A DNA stretch of 64,000 nt, from NCBI GenBank assembly GCA_963674865.2, contig CAXXYE010000008.1:564516-628515 (forward strand), given 5' to 3'. This DNA comes from Candidatus Hydrogenedentota bacterium. GTDB taxonomy: Bacteria; Hydrogenedentota; Hydrogenedentia; Hydrogenedentales; SLHB01. This document shows, one piece after another, positions 9,528 to 20,683 of this stretch (position 1 is its first letter; the number at the start of each line of letters is the position of its first letter). The notes under the pieces were generated by a model. The model did not search any database. It saw nothing but the letters and a program-made list of their open reading frames with translations, and was not told the origin of the DNA. A program made the position numbers and the translations under genes.

Positions 9528-10979
9528 GTGAAAAACACCAGAAGTCGTCCTGAAATCCCCATTCCAGGGGGAAATCCGCCCCGAAATCCCGCAAATGGGG
9601 AGCAATCGGGCGTTTGCCTTGCGGAACGCTATGAACTCGTGCGTCTCCTGGGGCGGGGCGGCCTGGGCAACGTCTGGCTGGCCCGCGATACGCAGCTCGA
9701 CGGCACGGAAGTCGCTTGTAAGGTATTGAGGGACAGCCTGTTCGACCATCCCCAGGCCCTGTCGGATATGAAGCGCGAGGTGTTGCTGGCGCGCAGGCTG
9801 CGCCATCCCCACATTCTGGCCGTCTACACGTTCTGGGGCGGTGGACATGAGCGCTTCATCACGATGGAATACGTGGAGGGCTGCAATCTCTCCGAGGCGC
9901 TGGCGGAACGGGACGCGCCTTTCCCCATGGCGCAGGTCCTCACCTGGGCGCGGCAGCTCTGCGATGCCCTCGACTACGCGCACGGACAGGGCGTGCTGCA
10001 CCGGGACGTCAAGCCCGCCAACATCCTCCTCGGGCTGGACGGCGCCGTTCGCCTGGCCGATTTCGGCATTGCCCGCACCGCGCATGAGGTCCAGGCACGT
10101 TCGGCCGGCCAGATGACCAGCGGCACCGTCATGTTTATGAGTCCGGAGCAGCTTGCCTGTGGCGCGGTCGACCAGCGAAGCGATCTCTACAGCCTCGCCT
10201 CCAGTATCTACGTCCTGCTCAGCGGCCGGCCGCCCTTCCACAAAGGAGCCATTGTTACCCAGGTCCAACTCAAGCCCGCGCCGCCCGTCGCGTTCCTCAG
10301 CGATTCCGTGAACGATGTCCTCTTGAAGGCCCTGGCCAAAGACCCGCGCGACCGGCAGCCCTCATGCGGCGCCTTCTACGCCGAGCTTGCCGCGGGGGCC
10401 GAGCGCGCCGAAGCGCCGGGGGCCTCTCAGGCGGAAGGTGAGCCCGGGCATGTCCCTTTGCCCTTGGGATGGCTCTCCGATCCCGAAGGCGAGACCGTCC
10501 TGCTTCCCCCCATGCATCGGGAGGACCACGGCGTCCGGCTGGGCGACCTGCTCATCCGCGCGGGACTCATCACCCCCGCCCAACGCGACGAGGCGCTCCG
10601 AGAATCGCAGGCCACCGGCGAGAAGCTGGGCCGCCGGCTCGTCAGCTTGGGCCATGTCAGTCAGTACGAGATTGCCCGCACGGTGGCCGACCAGCTTCAG
10701 ATTCCGCTCGCGCCGGTGCACGAGGTGGATGCCGAGTCGCCGCTCCTGGAACTCATCCCCTTGGAGCTTGCGCACCGGCGCCGCTGCATCCCCGTGGCAC
10801 GGGTCGCGGGCGGCATCCGCGTGGCGATGGCCGATCCCCTCGACTTCGAAGCCATCAATGAGATCGAGCATGAATGCGGCGGGCGCATCGAACTCGCCAT
10901 CGCCCCCGAATCGGATGTGGACAGGGCCATCATGAGGACTTACGGCCCGCTCGAGCCGCCGGACGATGTCGAGTCGTGA
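9528..10979 (+). CDS. Hanks-type Ser/Thr kinase with C-terminal MshEN (GSPII-E N-terminal) domain
   Basis: GRGGLG, VACK, HRDVKPAN, DFG and SPEQ; C-terminal RLGDLLIRAGLITPAQ...KLGRRLVSLGHVS...VAMADPLD. Confidence 0.85.
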   Translation: MKNTRSRPEIPIPGGNPPRNPANGEQSGVCLAERYELVRLLGRGGLGNVWLARDTQLDGTEVACKVLRDSLFDHPQALSDMKREVLLARRLRHPHILAVYTFWGGGHERFITMEYVEGCNLSEALAERDAPFPMAQVLTWARQLCDALDYAHGQGVLHRDVKPANILLGLDGAVRLADFGIARTAHEVQARSAGQMTSGTVMFMSPEQLACGAVDQRSDLYSLASSIYVLLSGRPPFHKGAIVTQVQLKPAPPVAFLSDSVNDVLLKALAKDPRDRQPSCGAFYAELAAGAERAEAPGASQAEGEPGHVPLPLGWLSDPEGETVLLPPMHREDHGVRLGDLLIRAGLITPAQRDEALRESQATGEKLGRRLVSLGHVSQYEIARTVADQLQIPLAPVHEVDAESPLLELIPLELAHRRRCIPVARVAGGIRVAMADPLDFEAINEIEHECGGRIELAIAPESDVDRAIMRTYGPLEPPDDVES

Positions 10980-11138
10980 GCTCCGAGCGGCCTGATGTGT
11001 GGCGCAACCGGCACCCCGGCCACCGGGGTGGACGCCACTTGACCGCGTAGCTGTTTGCCCTTACGATGTAAGCGTCTTCCGCTTGGGCAGGCGCCCGTGG
11101 TGGGAAAGGCGAAGGCACTAAGGCAAGGAGAGACCCAC

Positions 11139-12350
11139 ATGAAAGCCGTCAAAACCCGACTCTGCATCATGATGGTCCTGCAATACGCTATCTGGGGTTC
11201 ATGGACCACCGCACTCGGGGCGCACCTGGCCAGAATCGGATTCACCAGCAACCAGATCGGCGCGATCTATGGATGTCTCTGGATTGCCTGCATCATCGCG
11301 CCGTTCATCGGCGGGCAGATTGCCGATCGCTTTTTTCCGACGCAGCTCTTCTTGGGCGTTGCGCACGTGGTCGGCGCCGTGCTGCTCTTCATGACGGCCA
11401 GGCAGACGGAGTTCGGCCCCATGTGGCGCTGGATGTTCGCCTACAGCCTCTTCTACGCGCCGACCCTGGCCCTCACCAATTCGCTTTCATTCCACCATCT
11501 CGATGACGTTGAGCGAGAGTTCCCCAGGATCAGGATGTGGGGGAGTCCGGGCTGGATCGCCGTCGGCTGGATCGTGCTCCTCATCCGCCAACAGTGGCAC
11601 ACCCACGAATGGGCCGGCGGCAGCGACCTGCTCATGATCGCCGCCGGCTTTTCCCTGGTGATGGGCCTCTACTGCTTCACCCTTCCTCACACGCCGCCGA
11701 AGCGTAAAGGGGAGAATCCGTTCGCCTTCCTCGAAGCAATCCATCTATTGAAGGACAAGAACTTCCTCATATTCGCCGTCGTGTCCTTTGTGGTGACGAC
11801 GGAGCTTCAGTTCTACTACGTGACCACGGCGCCCTTTCTCCAGGATATGCAGGCTCCCACAGAGTGGCTCGCCGCCATCAAGACCACGGCCCAGATCGCC
11901 GAGTTCTTCGTCACGTGGTTCCTGCTCGGGCTCTCGCTGAAGAAATGGGGCGTCCGAAAGACGATGGTCATCGGCATGCTGGCTTGGCCCTTGCGCTACT
12001 TCCTGTTCTGCATCCCGAACCTGCCCATCATCATCGCGTCGCTGACGCTCCACGGCTTCGGCTACGCCTTCTTCTTCATCGCCTCCCAGATCTACGTCAA
12101 CATGAAGGCCACGGACGACATGCGCGCCTCCGCCCAGGCCATGCTGACCTTCTTCACCCTCGGCCTCGGCAACTGGCTCGGGACGATGTTCACCGGGTGG
12201 ATCTGGGGGCTGTGCGGCGGCCCGCAGAACACGGTGTGGTGGAAGTTCTTCATGGTGCCCGCCGGCATCTGCATCGGCATGGCCCTGATCTTCCTGCTGT
12301 TCTTCCGTGATGACGTGCGGCCGGAGGACATCAAGGAGCAAGCCGCCTAG
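11139..12350 (+). CDS. MFS transporter, nucleoside:H+ symporter (NupG/YegT-like)
   Basis: LQYAIWGSW, GQIADRFF, YAPTLALTNS and FPRIRMWG; about 12 TM. Confidence 0.85.
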   Translation: MKAVKTRLCIMMVLQYAIWGSWTTALGAHLARIGFTSNQIGAIYGCLWIACIIAPFIGGQIADRFFPTQLFLGVAHVVGAVLLFMTARQTEFGPMWRWMFAYSLFYAPTLALTNSLSFHHLDDVEREFPRIRMWGSPGWIAVGWIVLLIRQQWHTHEWAGGSDLLMIAAGFSLVMGLYCFTLPHTPPKRKGENPFAFLEAIHLLKDKNFLIFAVVSFVVTTELQFYYVTTAPFLQDMQAPTEWLAAIKTTAQIAEFFVTWFLLGLSLKKWGVRKTMVIGMLAWPLRYFLFCIPNLPIIIASLTLHGFGYAFFFIASQIYVNMKATDDMRASAQAMLTFFTLGLGNWLGTMFTGWIWGLCGGPQNTVWWKFFMVPAGICIGMALIFLLFFRDDVRPEDIKEQAA

Positions 12351-12375
12351 AAGACGGGAGGCAGAGGCGCGGGCG

Positions 12376-13086
12376 TCAGTCCTCTTCCGCACGGGGCGGT
12401 TGGCCGTTCCGGCGCTGCCCGTGGCGAAGACTAAGGCGCCGGAAATGCATCACTACTGCCCCTCCGAGCACGGCGGCCAGGATGATCCACGGCGCGATAT
12501 TGCCTAAGCGCTCGGAAAAGGCCCGCATGCGGTCGAATAGGAACAGCCACGCCCCCACGGCGAGGAAGTTCCCTGTGATGACCGAGGCGAAGGTCACCCG
12601 CGTCCGCATCCCGATGAGGTAGCCTATCAACCCTCCCGCCAGGGGGCCGGTGGTCCAGAAGGGGAAGAAGACGAAGGCGATCAAGCCTGCCGCGCCGAAG
12701 GGCTCCACTTTGCTCTTGTTGCGCTCCGCCGCCGCGCGGATGTTGGCGATCGCCGGCCCTACAATCCGCATCTCCACGACGCGCCGGTAGCCCGCCACCA
12801 GCAGCGGATAGAGCAGCAGCAGGATGATGATGTCCTGCAAAGAGCACTGCACGAGCAGAAAGGCCCAGTGGAATCCGCCCTTGAGTCCGGCGCTGATGCT
12901 GAGCGCGCGGCCCCCGAGCATCTGCTGGAGCACCAACTGCCACGCGTTTGCGTAAGGCTCCGGCCACACCACCCCAAAGGCGATCAGCACCGCCACCCAG
13001 ATGCTGAGGCAGACCTGCCCCGTCCGCTCAATGAAGCGAAGCCGCGGGCCGTAAGCGCGAACACGTTCTCGGGGAAGGGCAGCCAT
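12376..13086 (-). CDS. Small multidrug export (COG2426-like) membrane protein
   Basis: [27 protein letters not shown] motif; start uncertain. Confidence 0.65.
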   Translation of the reverse strand: MAALPRERVRAYGPRLRFIERTGQVCLSIWVAVLIAFGVVWPEPYANAWQLVLQQMLGGRALSISAGLKGGFHWAFLLVQCSLQDIIILLLLYPLLVAGYRRVVEMRIVGPAIANIRAAAERNKSKVEPFGAAGLIAFVFFPFWTTGPLAGGLIGYLIGMRTRVTFASVITGNFLAVGAWLFLFDRMRAFSERLGNIAPWIILAAVLGGAVVMHFRRLSLRHGQRRNGQPPRAEED

Positions 13087-13280
13087 TACATGCATTCCAT
13101 CCCCCGAGCGACAGGAGGGTTGCTGGCGCCGACATAACCAACACGGTCTTCGCAGGAATGGAGACGACTCGGAGCCGAAAGGGGGGCGCCCGAATGCGCG
13201 CACACAGCCCGCCCAAGCGTTTGCGATGGGGCCTTTCTGCCGTGTGAACGCCCTCAAAGAGGAACCGTGACGGCACCCAG

Positions 13281-13486
13281 ATCCGCACGCAAGTCGGGCA
13301 GGTTTCGCGCCAATCGCTGGAATATGCAGGCTGGAAGCCTGCGCCACAGTAGGGCCTTTCTTGGGACTTTGGCAAGCGGGCCTTGACAAAGGGCGAGCGC
13401 GCCGGAGATTGTAGCGCGGGCATCCTGCCTGCTTCCGGCGCGCGTGCTTGGGATGCAGGCCCACGCTTACGTGTGGATTCTGGACA
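13281..13486 (-). repeat. REP/RAYT-derived composite repeat, copy 1
   Basis: Reverse complement matches ~50075-50250 and ~52383-52570; contains the GCAGGCTGGAAGCCTGC and GGCATCCTGCC palindromes. Confidence 0.8.
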
Positions 13487-13629
13487 GCAGAAGTGGCATT
13501 GATGGTATTGGTAAACAGGGCTAGAATGAGAGGGAATGAGCCTGTGATCGTCGCAGGCGTTTCTACGTGGAAGATCTCAGATTAGTAGGTGGGAGCCGCC
13601 TTTTGCTTCGGGATGTTGGGGAATTCACC

Positions 13630-15953
13630 ATGCTTAGGCGCCGTTGTTGTTCGTCAATGTTTCTGTGTGCGGCCCTGGCGCTGTTGTGTCTGGCCGGGGG
13701 CGTCGCCACTGCCGCGGAAGAGGCTTGGCCCCGGTTCCCGAAGGGACCCTGGCCCACCTGCACCCCCGAGGAGGCGGGCCTGCAATCCGCGCCGCTGGCG
13801 GCCATTGCGGAATACCTGGGCGGCCGGGGCTGCATCGTGCGGCATGGGGCGATGGCCTTTCACTGGGGCGACTTTGCGCGGCGGGGCGATGTGGCCTCGG
13901 CGGCGAAACCGTGGTATTCAGCCCTCCTCTTCATGGCCGTCGAGGAGGGGCTTCTGGAAAGCCCCGATGTACCTATCGCGGAATATGAACCGCGCATCAA
14001 GGAGATCAATCCGGAGCTGGGCTTCAAGGACCGCGCGATCACCTTCGCGCACATGGCAAACCAGATCTCGTGCTATGGCGTTTCCGAGAAGCCGGGAACG
14101 GCCTATGACTATAACGATTTCCAGATGGCGCTCTTCTTCGATACTCTCTTTCTCAAGGTATATGGCGCCACCTTGGAAACCGTGGATGAGAAAGTGCTCC
14201 ACCCCCGCCTGAGCGATGTGATCGGCTGCGAGGATGACCCGACCTTTCTCGCCTTCGGATTGAAGGACCGGCCGGCCCGGCTGGGGATTTCGCCGCGAGA
14301 TTTCGCTCGGTTCGGGTGGCTTTTCCTGAATAAGGGCATGTGGGATGGGCGGCAGGTTCTCTCCGCGGCACACGTGCGAGAGCTCGTCAGCAGCCCGATC
14401 CCCAATGCCATTCCTCGTACCTCGGCACACCAGGCCCAGATGATCCCAGGCCAGCGCTCGCATGGCTCGCGCAGGGTGCCGGACGACCAGACCGACCACT
14501 ATGGCAGCTATAGCTGGCTGTGGTGGCTCAATGGCGTCGACCGGGAAGGCCGGCGCATTTGGCCGGATGCGCCCCTGGACGTTTTTACCGCACTGGGCCA
14601 CGCCAACGGGCAGCGAGGCATAGCCGTGATGCCGAGCCTGGACATTGTGATCGCCTGGAACGATACGACCTTGGGCAACCGGCCATCACATCCGCACCCG
14701 CTAAATGAAGTCTTCCGCCTGTTGCGCGGGGCCGCCGAAGATGCGCCCCTCTCCGGCCAGGTGATTCCCTATCCGGATCGTCCCGCCTGGCTGGCCCGTA
14801 ACCAAGACCTCGATGAGGATCGGAGGCTGGATCCCCTCTCAATCTGCGGCCCCGGCGATCCGGAAGATTTCCTCTATCGCGGTGCTCGCAATCCGGATGG
14901 CACGCGTGCGGGCGACCAGATGGCCATCATCGAAAAGATCGGCGCCTCGGGTGCCAATACCCTTTATTTTCAGGCGATTCGCTCACACGGCGGCGATGGC
15001 GAGCCGACCCACAACCCCTTTGTGAATAGCGATCCGGCGCAGGGATTGGATGAGGATATCCTCTGGCAATGGGATCGCTGGCTCTCGGCCATGGATGAGG
15101 CGGGATTGCGCCCCTCTTTTTCCTCTATGACGATGGAGCGTCGATATGGAAGACCGGCGATGAGGTCGGTGAGGACGAAGGGCGGATGCTCGATACTCTC
15201 GTGAAGCGATTCGAGCATCATCCGGGCCTAATGTGGTGCGTCGCGGAGGAATATGGCGAGCGATACAGCCCAGCGCGCATCGAAGCCATCGCACACCGAA
15301 TCCGTGAGGCGGATAAGCACGACCATGTGATAGCCGTGCACAAGAACGATGGGCTTTCCTTCCAAGAATTCCAGGATAGTCCGGATATCGACCAATTCGC
15401 GATCCAATACAATCATCCCGAACCGGGCGCTCTGCATGCCGGGATGCTCAAGGCATGGACCGATGCCGCGGGCCGTTATAACCTCAACATGAGCGAGGCG
15501 GCGGACCACGGATTCGGCGCCGAGGCGCGGAAGAAGAACTGGGCCTGTGCCATGGGAGGGGCCTACGTGATGGACCTCCGGTGGCTGTTCAACGAACCGG
15601 AGGCCCCCTCGGCGGAAGACCTGGCGCAATGCGGCTATCTCGTGCGCTTCTTTGAATCGACCCCGCTCGCGGAGATGGCGCCCCACGATGAGCTGGCCGC
15701 GGGCGCCACGGATTATGTGCTGGCGCAACCCGGGCAGGCCTATGTGGCCTATTCGCTGCGCGCCGTCGAGCCGCTCGGCCTCACGGGGATGATGGCCGGC
15801 GCCTACGATTTCACCTGGCTGGATTGCGCGACCGGGACCACGCTCGCCCAGGAGGGCGTGACGGTGGCCGAGGGCGAAAGGGCCTGGGGCCCGCCCGAGG
15901 GATGGGGCGATGAGGTGGCGGTTCTGATCGAGCGGAAAACCGAGAAATTCTAG
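13630..15953 (+). CDS. Serine hydrolase (beta-lactamase fold) fused to a GH-like barrel and putative collagen-binding domain; -1 frameshift at ~15113
   Basis: SAAK (SxxK) and YDYND motifs. ORF 13567-15204 joins ORF 15186-15953 if one C is added to the C run at 15110-15114 (AGLRPLFFLYDD). Confidence 0.7.
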
Positions 15954-15963
15954 AACAAATTCA

Positions 15964-18900
15964 ATGATGGCCCATCGGAGCGGGACAACAAGGAGAGCGG
16001 AAGTGCGGGGAATTGCGGATAGAACGAGGCGCGGCGGCGCGGCGTGGGCGATTCTGGCATTTGCGATCATCGCCGTGGCGCCGGCGGGGCATGGCGATGA
16101 TTTCGGGGAGCGCGCCGCCACAATGTGGGCGCCTTTCGTGGAATGGTCGGTGGAGAATCCGACCTATGAGGGCAATCCCTTCGATGTGGTGGCGGCGGTC
16201 GCTTTCACCCATACCGATTCGGGTGCGCGGCATGTTACCGAGATGTTCTATGCCGGCGGCAGCACCTGGCGATTCCGGTTTACCGGGACGAAGGCGGGCG
16301 AATGGACTTTCAAGACGAGCAGCGAGGACCCCGAGCTAAGCGGCCATACCGGGCGGGTGCGGGTGAGCCCGAGTCCCGACCCGGCCATCCGGGGATTCCT
16401 GACCCATCAAGGCAACAAATTCGCCATCCAGCGGCGGGATGCCGACGATCTGGAGGGATACCTCTTCGCGGTCTATATGAATGAGCGGCTCATTCCCGAG
16501 GGCTTCTCCGCCCTGGCGGAGCCCGCGAAGATCGAGGCGCTGCTGGACGATACCACCGCGAATGGCTTCGAGATCGCCTTCACCTATATCTGCCACAATT
16601 GGCTGAACCTCGGGACCCTGCGCCACGATGAGCACAATAGCGAGAATCCGGATTTGCGGACCTTCGACCTCCTGGACCGGATGATCACCAAGGCGCATGC
16701 GCGGGGCATGCGGTGGCACCTATGGGCCTGGGGGGATGAGGCTCGGAAATGGACCCCCATCGGATTGCCGGGGGGCATCAACGGTCCGGTCGACCGCCGC
16801 CTGCAACGGTATATTGCGGCGCGGCTGGGGCCGTTGCCGGGATGGACGATGGGATATGGGTTCGACCTGATTGAATGGACCTCGGAAGAGGGACGCAACG
16901 AATGGGCCTCGTTTCTCCATGAGAAGATGGGGTGGGACCATCTCCTCTGCACCCGCGGATTCCGGCTGGGAGGCGGGAAGAACAACATCACCTCCTATTC
17001 CGGATTCGGCGGAAACGACCTGACAACAAGCCGATGCGGCCCGGTGGACTATGCCGAGGTCGTGCGGCATATCGATGCCGACCCGGACCGGCCCTCGTTC
17101 TATGAAGAGCGGCATTCCTATCTCAGAAAAGGATTCAAGCTGGATATGACCGGGACGCGGCGCCTGCGGTGGTGGCAGGCCATGGCGGGGGGATTGGGCG
17201 GCTTTTTCGGATTCTACAGAAAAAGCGAGCATCCCTATCCGAATCCCGAGCAGCTTCGAACGGCCCAACGATTCTGGCGGGGCCGCTTCACCCTCGATAT
17301 GATGCGGTGCAACGACCTCACCGATGGCTGGGGGCTCAAGGATGAGGCCCGCTCGTTCTATGTTTTCTATAAGGAGGATGCGGACAGGATCGAGGTGGAT
17401 TTGAGCTCAATGCCCGCCGCGCAGCGGGCGGTGGCGGTGGATACCGCGCAGGCCTATGCGGAGGTGGACCTGGGCGAGCCGGCGCCCGGCCGGCATACCT
17501 TCGAGCTTCCGGCGCGCTCCGATTGGGCGATCGCGGTCGGAGGGGTTCCTGGCAAGCAGGAGGCCGCCCCGCCGCCGGAAGAAGCCGGCGCCGGCCTGGT
17601 GCAAAACGGTTGGCTCGTGCAGAATGACCACGCGATCTGGGGATGGGTGCAGCACAACGGCTGGTGGCGGCCCGGGCAGCGGGCCAATCTGGCCCGCCGA
17701 TCCGTGGGCGATCCTGTGGGAGATGTGCGGCCCAACCGCACCGAAGACCTCGGCAAATTGACCGACAGCATGCTCCAATACGGCTATCCCGGGTTCGAGC
17801 ACAATTACGGTTTGTGGTACGACCGGCGGCGGGATGCCCACGATGCCGCTCGCCGCACCGATCCCCATGTGGCGCCTCCTTTCCTTGAGCAGCCTTGGGC
17901 GCGCACCTCGGAGGCAGGGGGCGAGCCCGCCTGGGATGGCCTACCGAAATACGACCTGGAGCGATTCAATCCGTGGTATTTCGACCGGCTGAAGGCCTTT
18001 GCGGACCTCTGCGATGAAAAAGGGACCGTGCTGATCCACAAGTTCTATATGCAGCATGCCCTGCTCGAGACGCCGGCGCACTATGTGGATTTACCTTGGC
18101 GGCCCACCAATTGCATCCAGGATACCGGCATGCCCGATGGCCTCCCCGCGGCCAATGCATTCTACGATGTGACCCACCCGGAGCGGCGGCGCCTCCATAC
18201 CGCCTATATCCGGCATTGCCTGGATGTGCTGGGAGAGAACCGCAATCTGATCTCTCTCACAAGCCAGGAATTCACCGGCCCTCTGGCCTTCGTGGAATTC
18301 TGGCTCGATACAATCGCTCAGTGGGAGCGCGATACCGGCCGCGAGGTCACCATCGGCCTCGGCGCGCCGAAGGATGTGCAGGATGCCATCCTGGCCGACC
18401 CGCTCCGGGGCAAGCAGGTGGATGTGCTGGACCTGCGCTATTGGTGGCTGCGGGCCGACGGCACGCTCTTCGCCCCCGAGGGCGGCCGGGAAATGGCCGG
18501 TCGCGCTTTCGAATCAGGCCATCAGCAGGCAAAGGAGAGCTCGCCCCAGAGCTTCTATCAGAAGGTCAGGGGCTATCGGGACCGGTTCCCGGATAAGGCC
18601 ATCGTCGACGCCTACGAGGGGGATCGCCTCGCAAGCTGGGCCTTTCTCATGGCGGGAGGCTCGTTGCTGGTCCGTGGCCAGATCTGCTATCCGAACCAAG
18701 CGGATCCGCCCGATTACATCCAACCCGCGGAGGTCGAAACGCTCCTGCCCACCTACCATTTCCTGCGCGAGCATCTGGCAGCACGTTTGCCAAGGATGAG
18801 CCCATGCGACCTGGTTCGAGAGAGCCCTGACCGGACCTGGTGCCTGGCACAGCCCGGCCGGACCTATCTCGTCTACGCCCTCAAAGGGGGCGATATCGCC

Positions 18901-19062
18901 CTGGACCTCTCGGGCGCGGCCGGGCGGTATCGTGCGCGATGGTTTGATCCGAGGTCGGGCGAGTTGATCCAAGCGGAGCCTGGCCTCATATCGGCGGGAG
19001 GTCAGGTCAGCTTCGGGGCGCCGGATAACCAGGATTGGGCGCTCTGGCTGGACCGAGAATAG
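15964..19062 (+). CDS. Multidomain glycan-active protein (DUF5060/DUF4038-like + DUF6298-like, putative collagen-binding domains)
   Basis: GNPFDV...WRFRF N-domain; YIAARLG; YGLWYDRRRDAH; C-terminal ARWFDPRSG...DWALW. Confidence 0.7.
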   Translation: MMAHRSGTTRRAEVRGIADRTRRGGAAWAILAFAIIAVAPAGHGDDFGERAATMWAPFVEWSVENPTYEGNPFDVVAAVAFTHTDSGARHVTEMFYAGGSTWRFRFTGTKAGEWTFKTSSEDPELSGHTGRVRVSPSPDPAIRGFLTHQGNKFAIQRRDADDLEGYLFAVYMNERLIPEGFSALAEPAKIEALLDDTTANGFEIAFTYICHNWLNLGTLRHDEHNSENPDLRTFDLLDRMITKAHARGMRWHLWAWGDEARKWTPIGLPGGINGPVDRRLQRYIAARLGPLPGWTMGYGFDLIEWTSEEGRNEWASFLHEKMGWDHLLCTRGFRLGGGKNNITSYSGFGGNDLTTSRCGPVDYAEVVRHIDADPDRPSFYEERHSYLRKGFKLDMTGTRRLRWWQAMAGGLGGFFGFYRKSEHPYPNPEQLRTAQRFWRGRFTLDMMRCNDLTDGWGLKDEARSFYVFYKEDADRIEVDLSSMPAAQRAVAVDTAQAYAEVDLGEPAPGRHTFELPARSDWAIAVGGVPGKQEAAPPPEEAGAGLVQNGWLVQNDHAIWGWVQHNGWWRPGQRANLARRSVGDPVGDVRPNRTEDLGKLTDSMLQYGYPGFEHNYGLWYDRRRDAHDAARRTDPHVAPPFLEQPWARTSEAGGEPAWDGLPKYDLERFNPWYFDRLKAFADLCDEKGTVLIHKFYMQHALLETPAHYVDLPWRPTNCIQDTGMPDGLPAANAFYDVTHPERRRLHTAYIRHCLDVLGENRNLISLTSQEFTGPLAFVEFWLDTIAQWERDTGREVTIGLGAPKDVQDAILADPLRGKQVDVLDLRYWWLRADGTLFAPEGGREMAGRAFESGHQQAKESSPQSFYQKVRGYRDRFPDKAIVDAYEGDRLASWAFLMAGGSLLVRGQICYPNQADPPDYIQPAEVETLLPTYHFLREHLAARLPRMSPCDLVRESPDRTWCLAQPGRTYLVYALKGGDIALDLSGAAGRYRARWFDPRSGELIQAEPGLISAGGQVSFGAPDNQDWALWLDRE

Positions 19063-19218
19063 CCGGAGCCGTGCACGGGGCGGATAGAGGCCTTGGAGAG
19101 GCTAACGCTTCCTGGCCGCGGCGAGCGGTTGGCCGACCTCAGCTGCCGCGAAGAGACTGATCAGCTCGGGATCGAGGCGCTTGCCGTTCTCGCCTGGAAA
19201 TATTCCAAACCATCTTCG

Positions 19219-19680
19219 CTACGAGGCGAAACTGCCCAGGTTGGGCTCGACAAGCCGCGCGAAATCGCCGTAGGCCATTTTGATCACTTCCGTGTGCGTA
19301 CCGGCGTTGAAGGCGATTTCCTCGTCCTTGGCCAAGGCCTCCTCGACGAACACGTCTATGTCGTAGAGGTTGCCGAAGGGCGGCATCGCGCCGATGTCGC
19401 ACTCGGGGAAGAGCGCCTCGAAGTCCGCTTCCTCGGCCAACTGAAGGTCCTCTGCGCCCGAAAGCGCCTTCAGCCGCTCCAGGTCGACGTGGTAGTGCGC
19501 GGGAATCACCGCCATACACATCTTTCCCTCGCACTTCACCAAGACCACCTTGGCCATTTCTCTGCCCTTCACGTGCGCCGCCTGCGCCGTCTCTCCCGCC
19601 GTGAAGGTCTCCGGATGCGTAATGCTCTCGTAAGGCACCTCATGCGTCTTCAGGAATTCTTTGAGCTTGCGTACCGGCAT
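19219..19680 (-). CDS. YbaK/EbsC/ProX family aminoacyl-tRNA deacylase
   Basis: MAKVVLVK, ECDIGAMPPFG and FNAGTH motifs. Confidence 0.9.
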   Translation of the reverse strand: MPVRKLKEFLKTHEVPYESITHPETFTAGETAQAAHVKGREMAKVVLVKCEGKMCMAVIPAHYHVDLERLKALSGAEDLQLAEEADFEALFPECDIGAMPPFGNLYDIDVFVEEALAKDEEIAFNAGTHTEVIKMAYGDFARLVEPNLGSFAS

Positions 19681-19836
19681 GGCTTCACCCTCCCTGAATG
19701 GGGACATGGTTTGCGCACCCTACAACCATAGTAAACCTAAAGCCGAAAACCGTCAATGGCTTCCCGGGCTCGGCCCGCAGGAAGATCATGTGAGGATGGT
19801 CCCTTATGGCCTCGTCGTGCACTTCGGGAAAGGGCG

Positions 19837-20502
19837 CTACCGCAGCACCTGCACCGTCCGCGTTTCGTACACCGGCGGCACCCACTGCCGGTGGACCTCG
19901 TAGTGTCCTTTGACGACGGTGCCTGTCGCGGGATGGTAGGCATCGGGCACCCACACCCGCGTTTCCCGGTAGTAGCCCTCGCGCACCAGTACGTTCTGCT
20001 GCTGATACGCCGGCGCTGCGGGCGCGGCGCACCGCTGCTGCTGGGCGCCGATTACGACCGCGCTGATGACCTCGGCGACGGCCTGCGCGATGGCGGCGTC
20101 CCTGTAAGCGCGCGCGTACTCGCGGTCCGAACCGTACCGGTAGTCCTCGCGGCGGCGCCTGTCGTCATAGCCTCGCCCGCTATCGGACCCGTTGTACTTG
20201 CTCACGCGATCCGCCAGGTCCGAGAGCACTGAGGACAACGCCTGCCCGGACGAGGAGGTCCGCCCGGAGGAGCGCGTGCCGCGTGACGAACTACTGCGGG
20301 AGCGCGAGCCTATCCGGCTGCTTGCTGTGGAGCGTGTGGCGTTGCCGCGTTGCGTGGCGCTGCGCGTGCGGCTCGACGCGCGTATGCTGTAAGTCCCGCC
20401 ATGGCGTATACTTCGGGACTGTGCCCAGGCTTGGTTTCCGGGGGCGGCGCTGGCCAGAAGGCACAGGGCCGCCGTGGCGATGAGGGTGGTTTTCGTATTC
20501 AT
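19837..20502 (-). CDS. Secreted hypothetical protein
   Basis: Signal peptide, Ser/Arg-rich linker, C-terminal WVP repeats; GGAGG RBS. Confidence 0.7.
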   Translation of the reverse strand: MNTKTTLIATAALCLLASAAPGNQAWAQSRSIRHGGTYSIRASSRTRSATQRGNATRSTASSRIGSRSRSSSSRGTRSSGRTSSSGQALSSVLSDLADRVSKYNGSDSGRGYDDRRRREDYRYGSDREYARAYRDAAIAQAVAEVISAVVIGAQQQRCAAPAAPAYQQQNVLVREGYYRETRVWVPDAYHPATGTVVKGHYEVHRQWVPPVYETRTVQVLR

Positions 20503-20683
20503 GATACTTCCTCCAAGAGCCAGCCTACTGATCTGGACGCTGACAAGCGGCGGAAATTCACCCTTTCGCCGTCAGCCGCCATCGGCGGCCGGCTTGAGCG
20601 GGCCGGGGGACGAGTGGGACAATGCCTATGGCAGCCCGCAGGACCGCCAGACGGGTCTTGGGTGAAAACGAAAGGCAGGGGCC

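Noticed and set aside
15110..15125. Programmed -1 frameshift
   Set aside because: No canonical slippery heptamer with a downstream structure; part of a window-wide deletion bias
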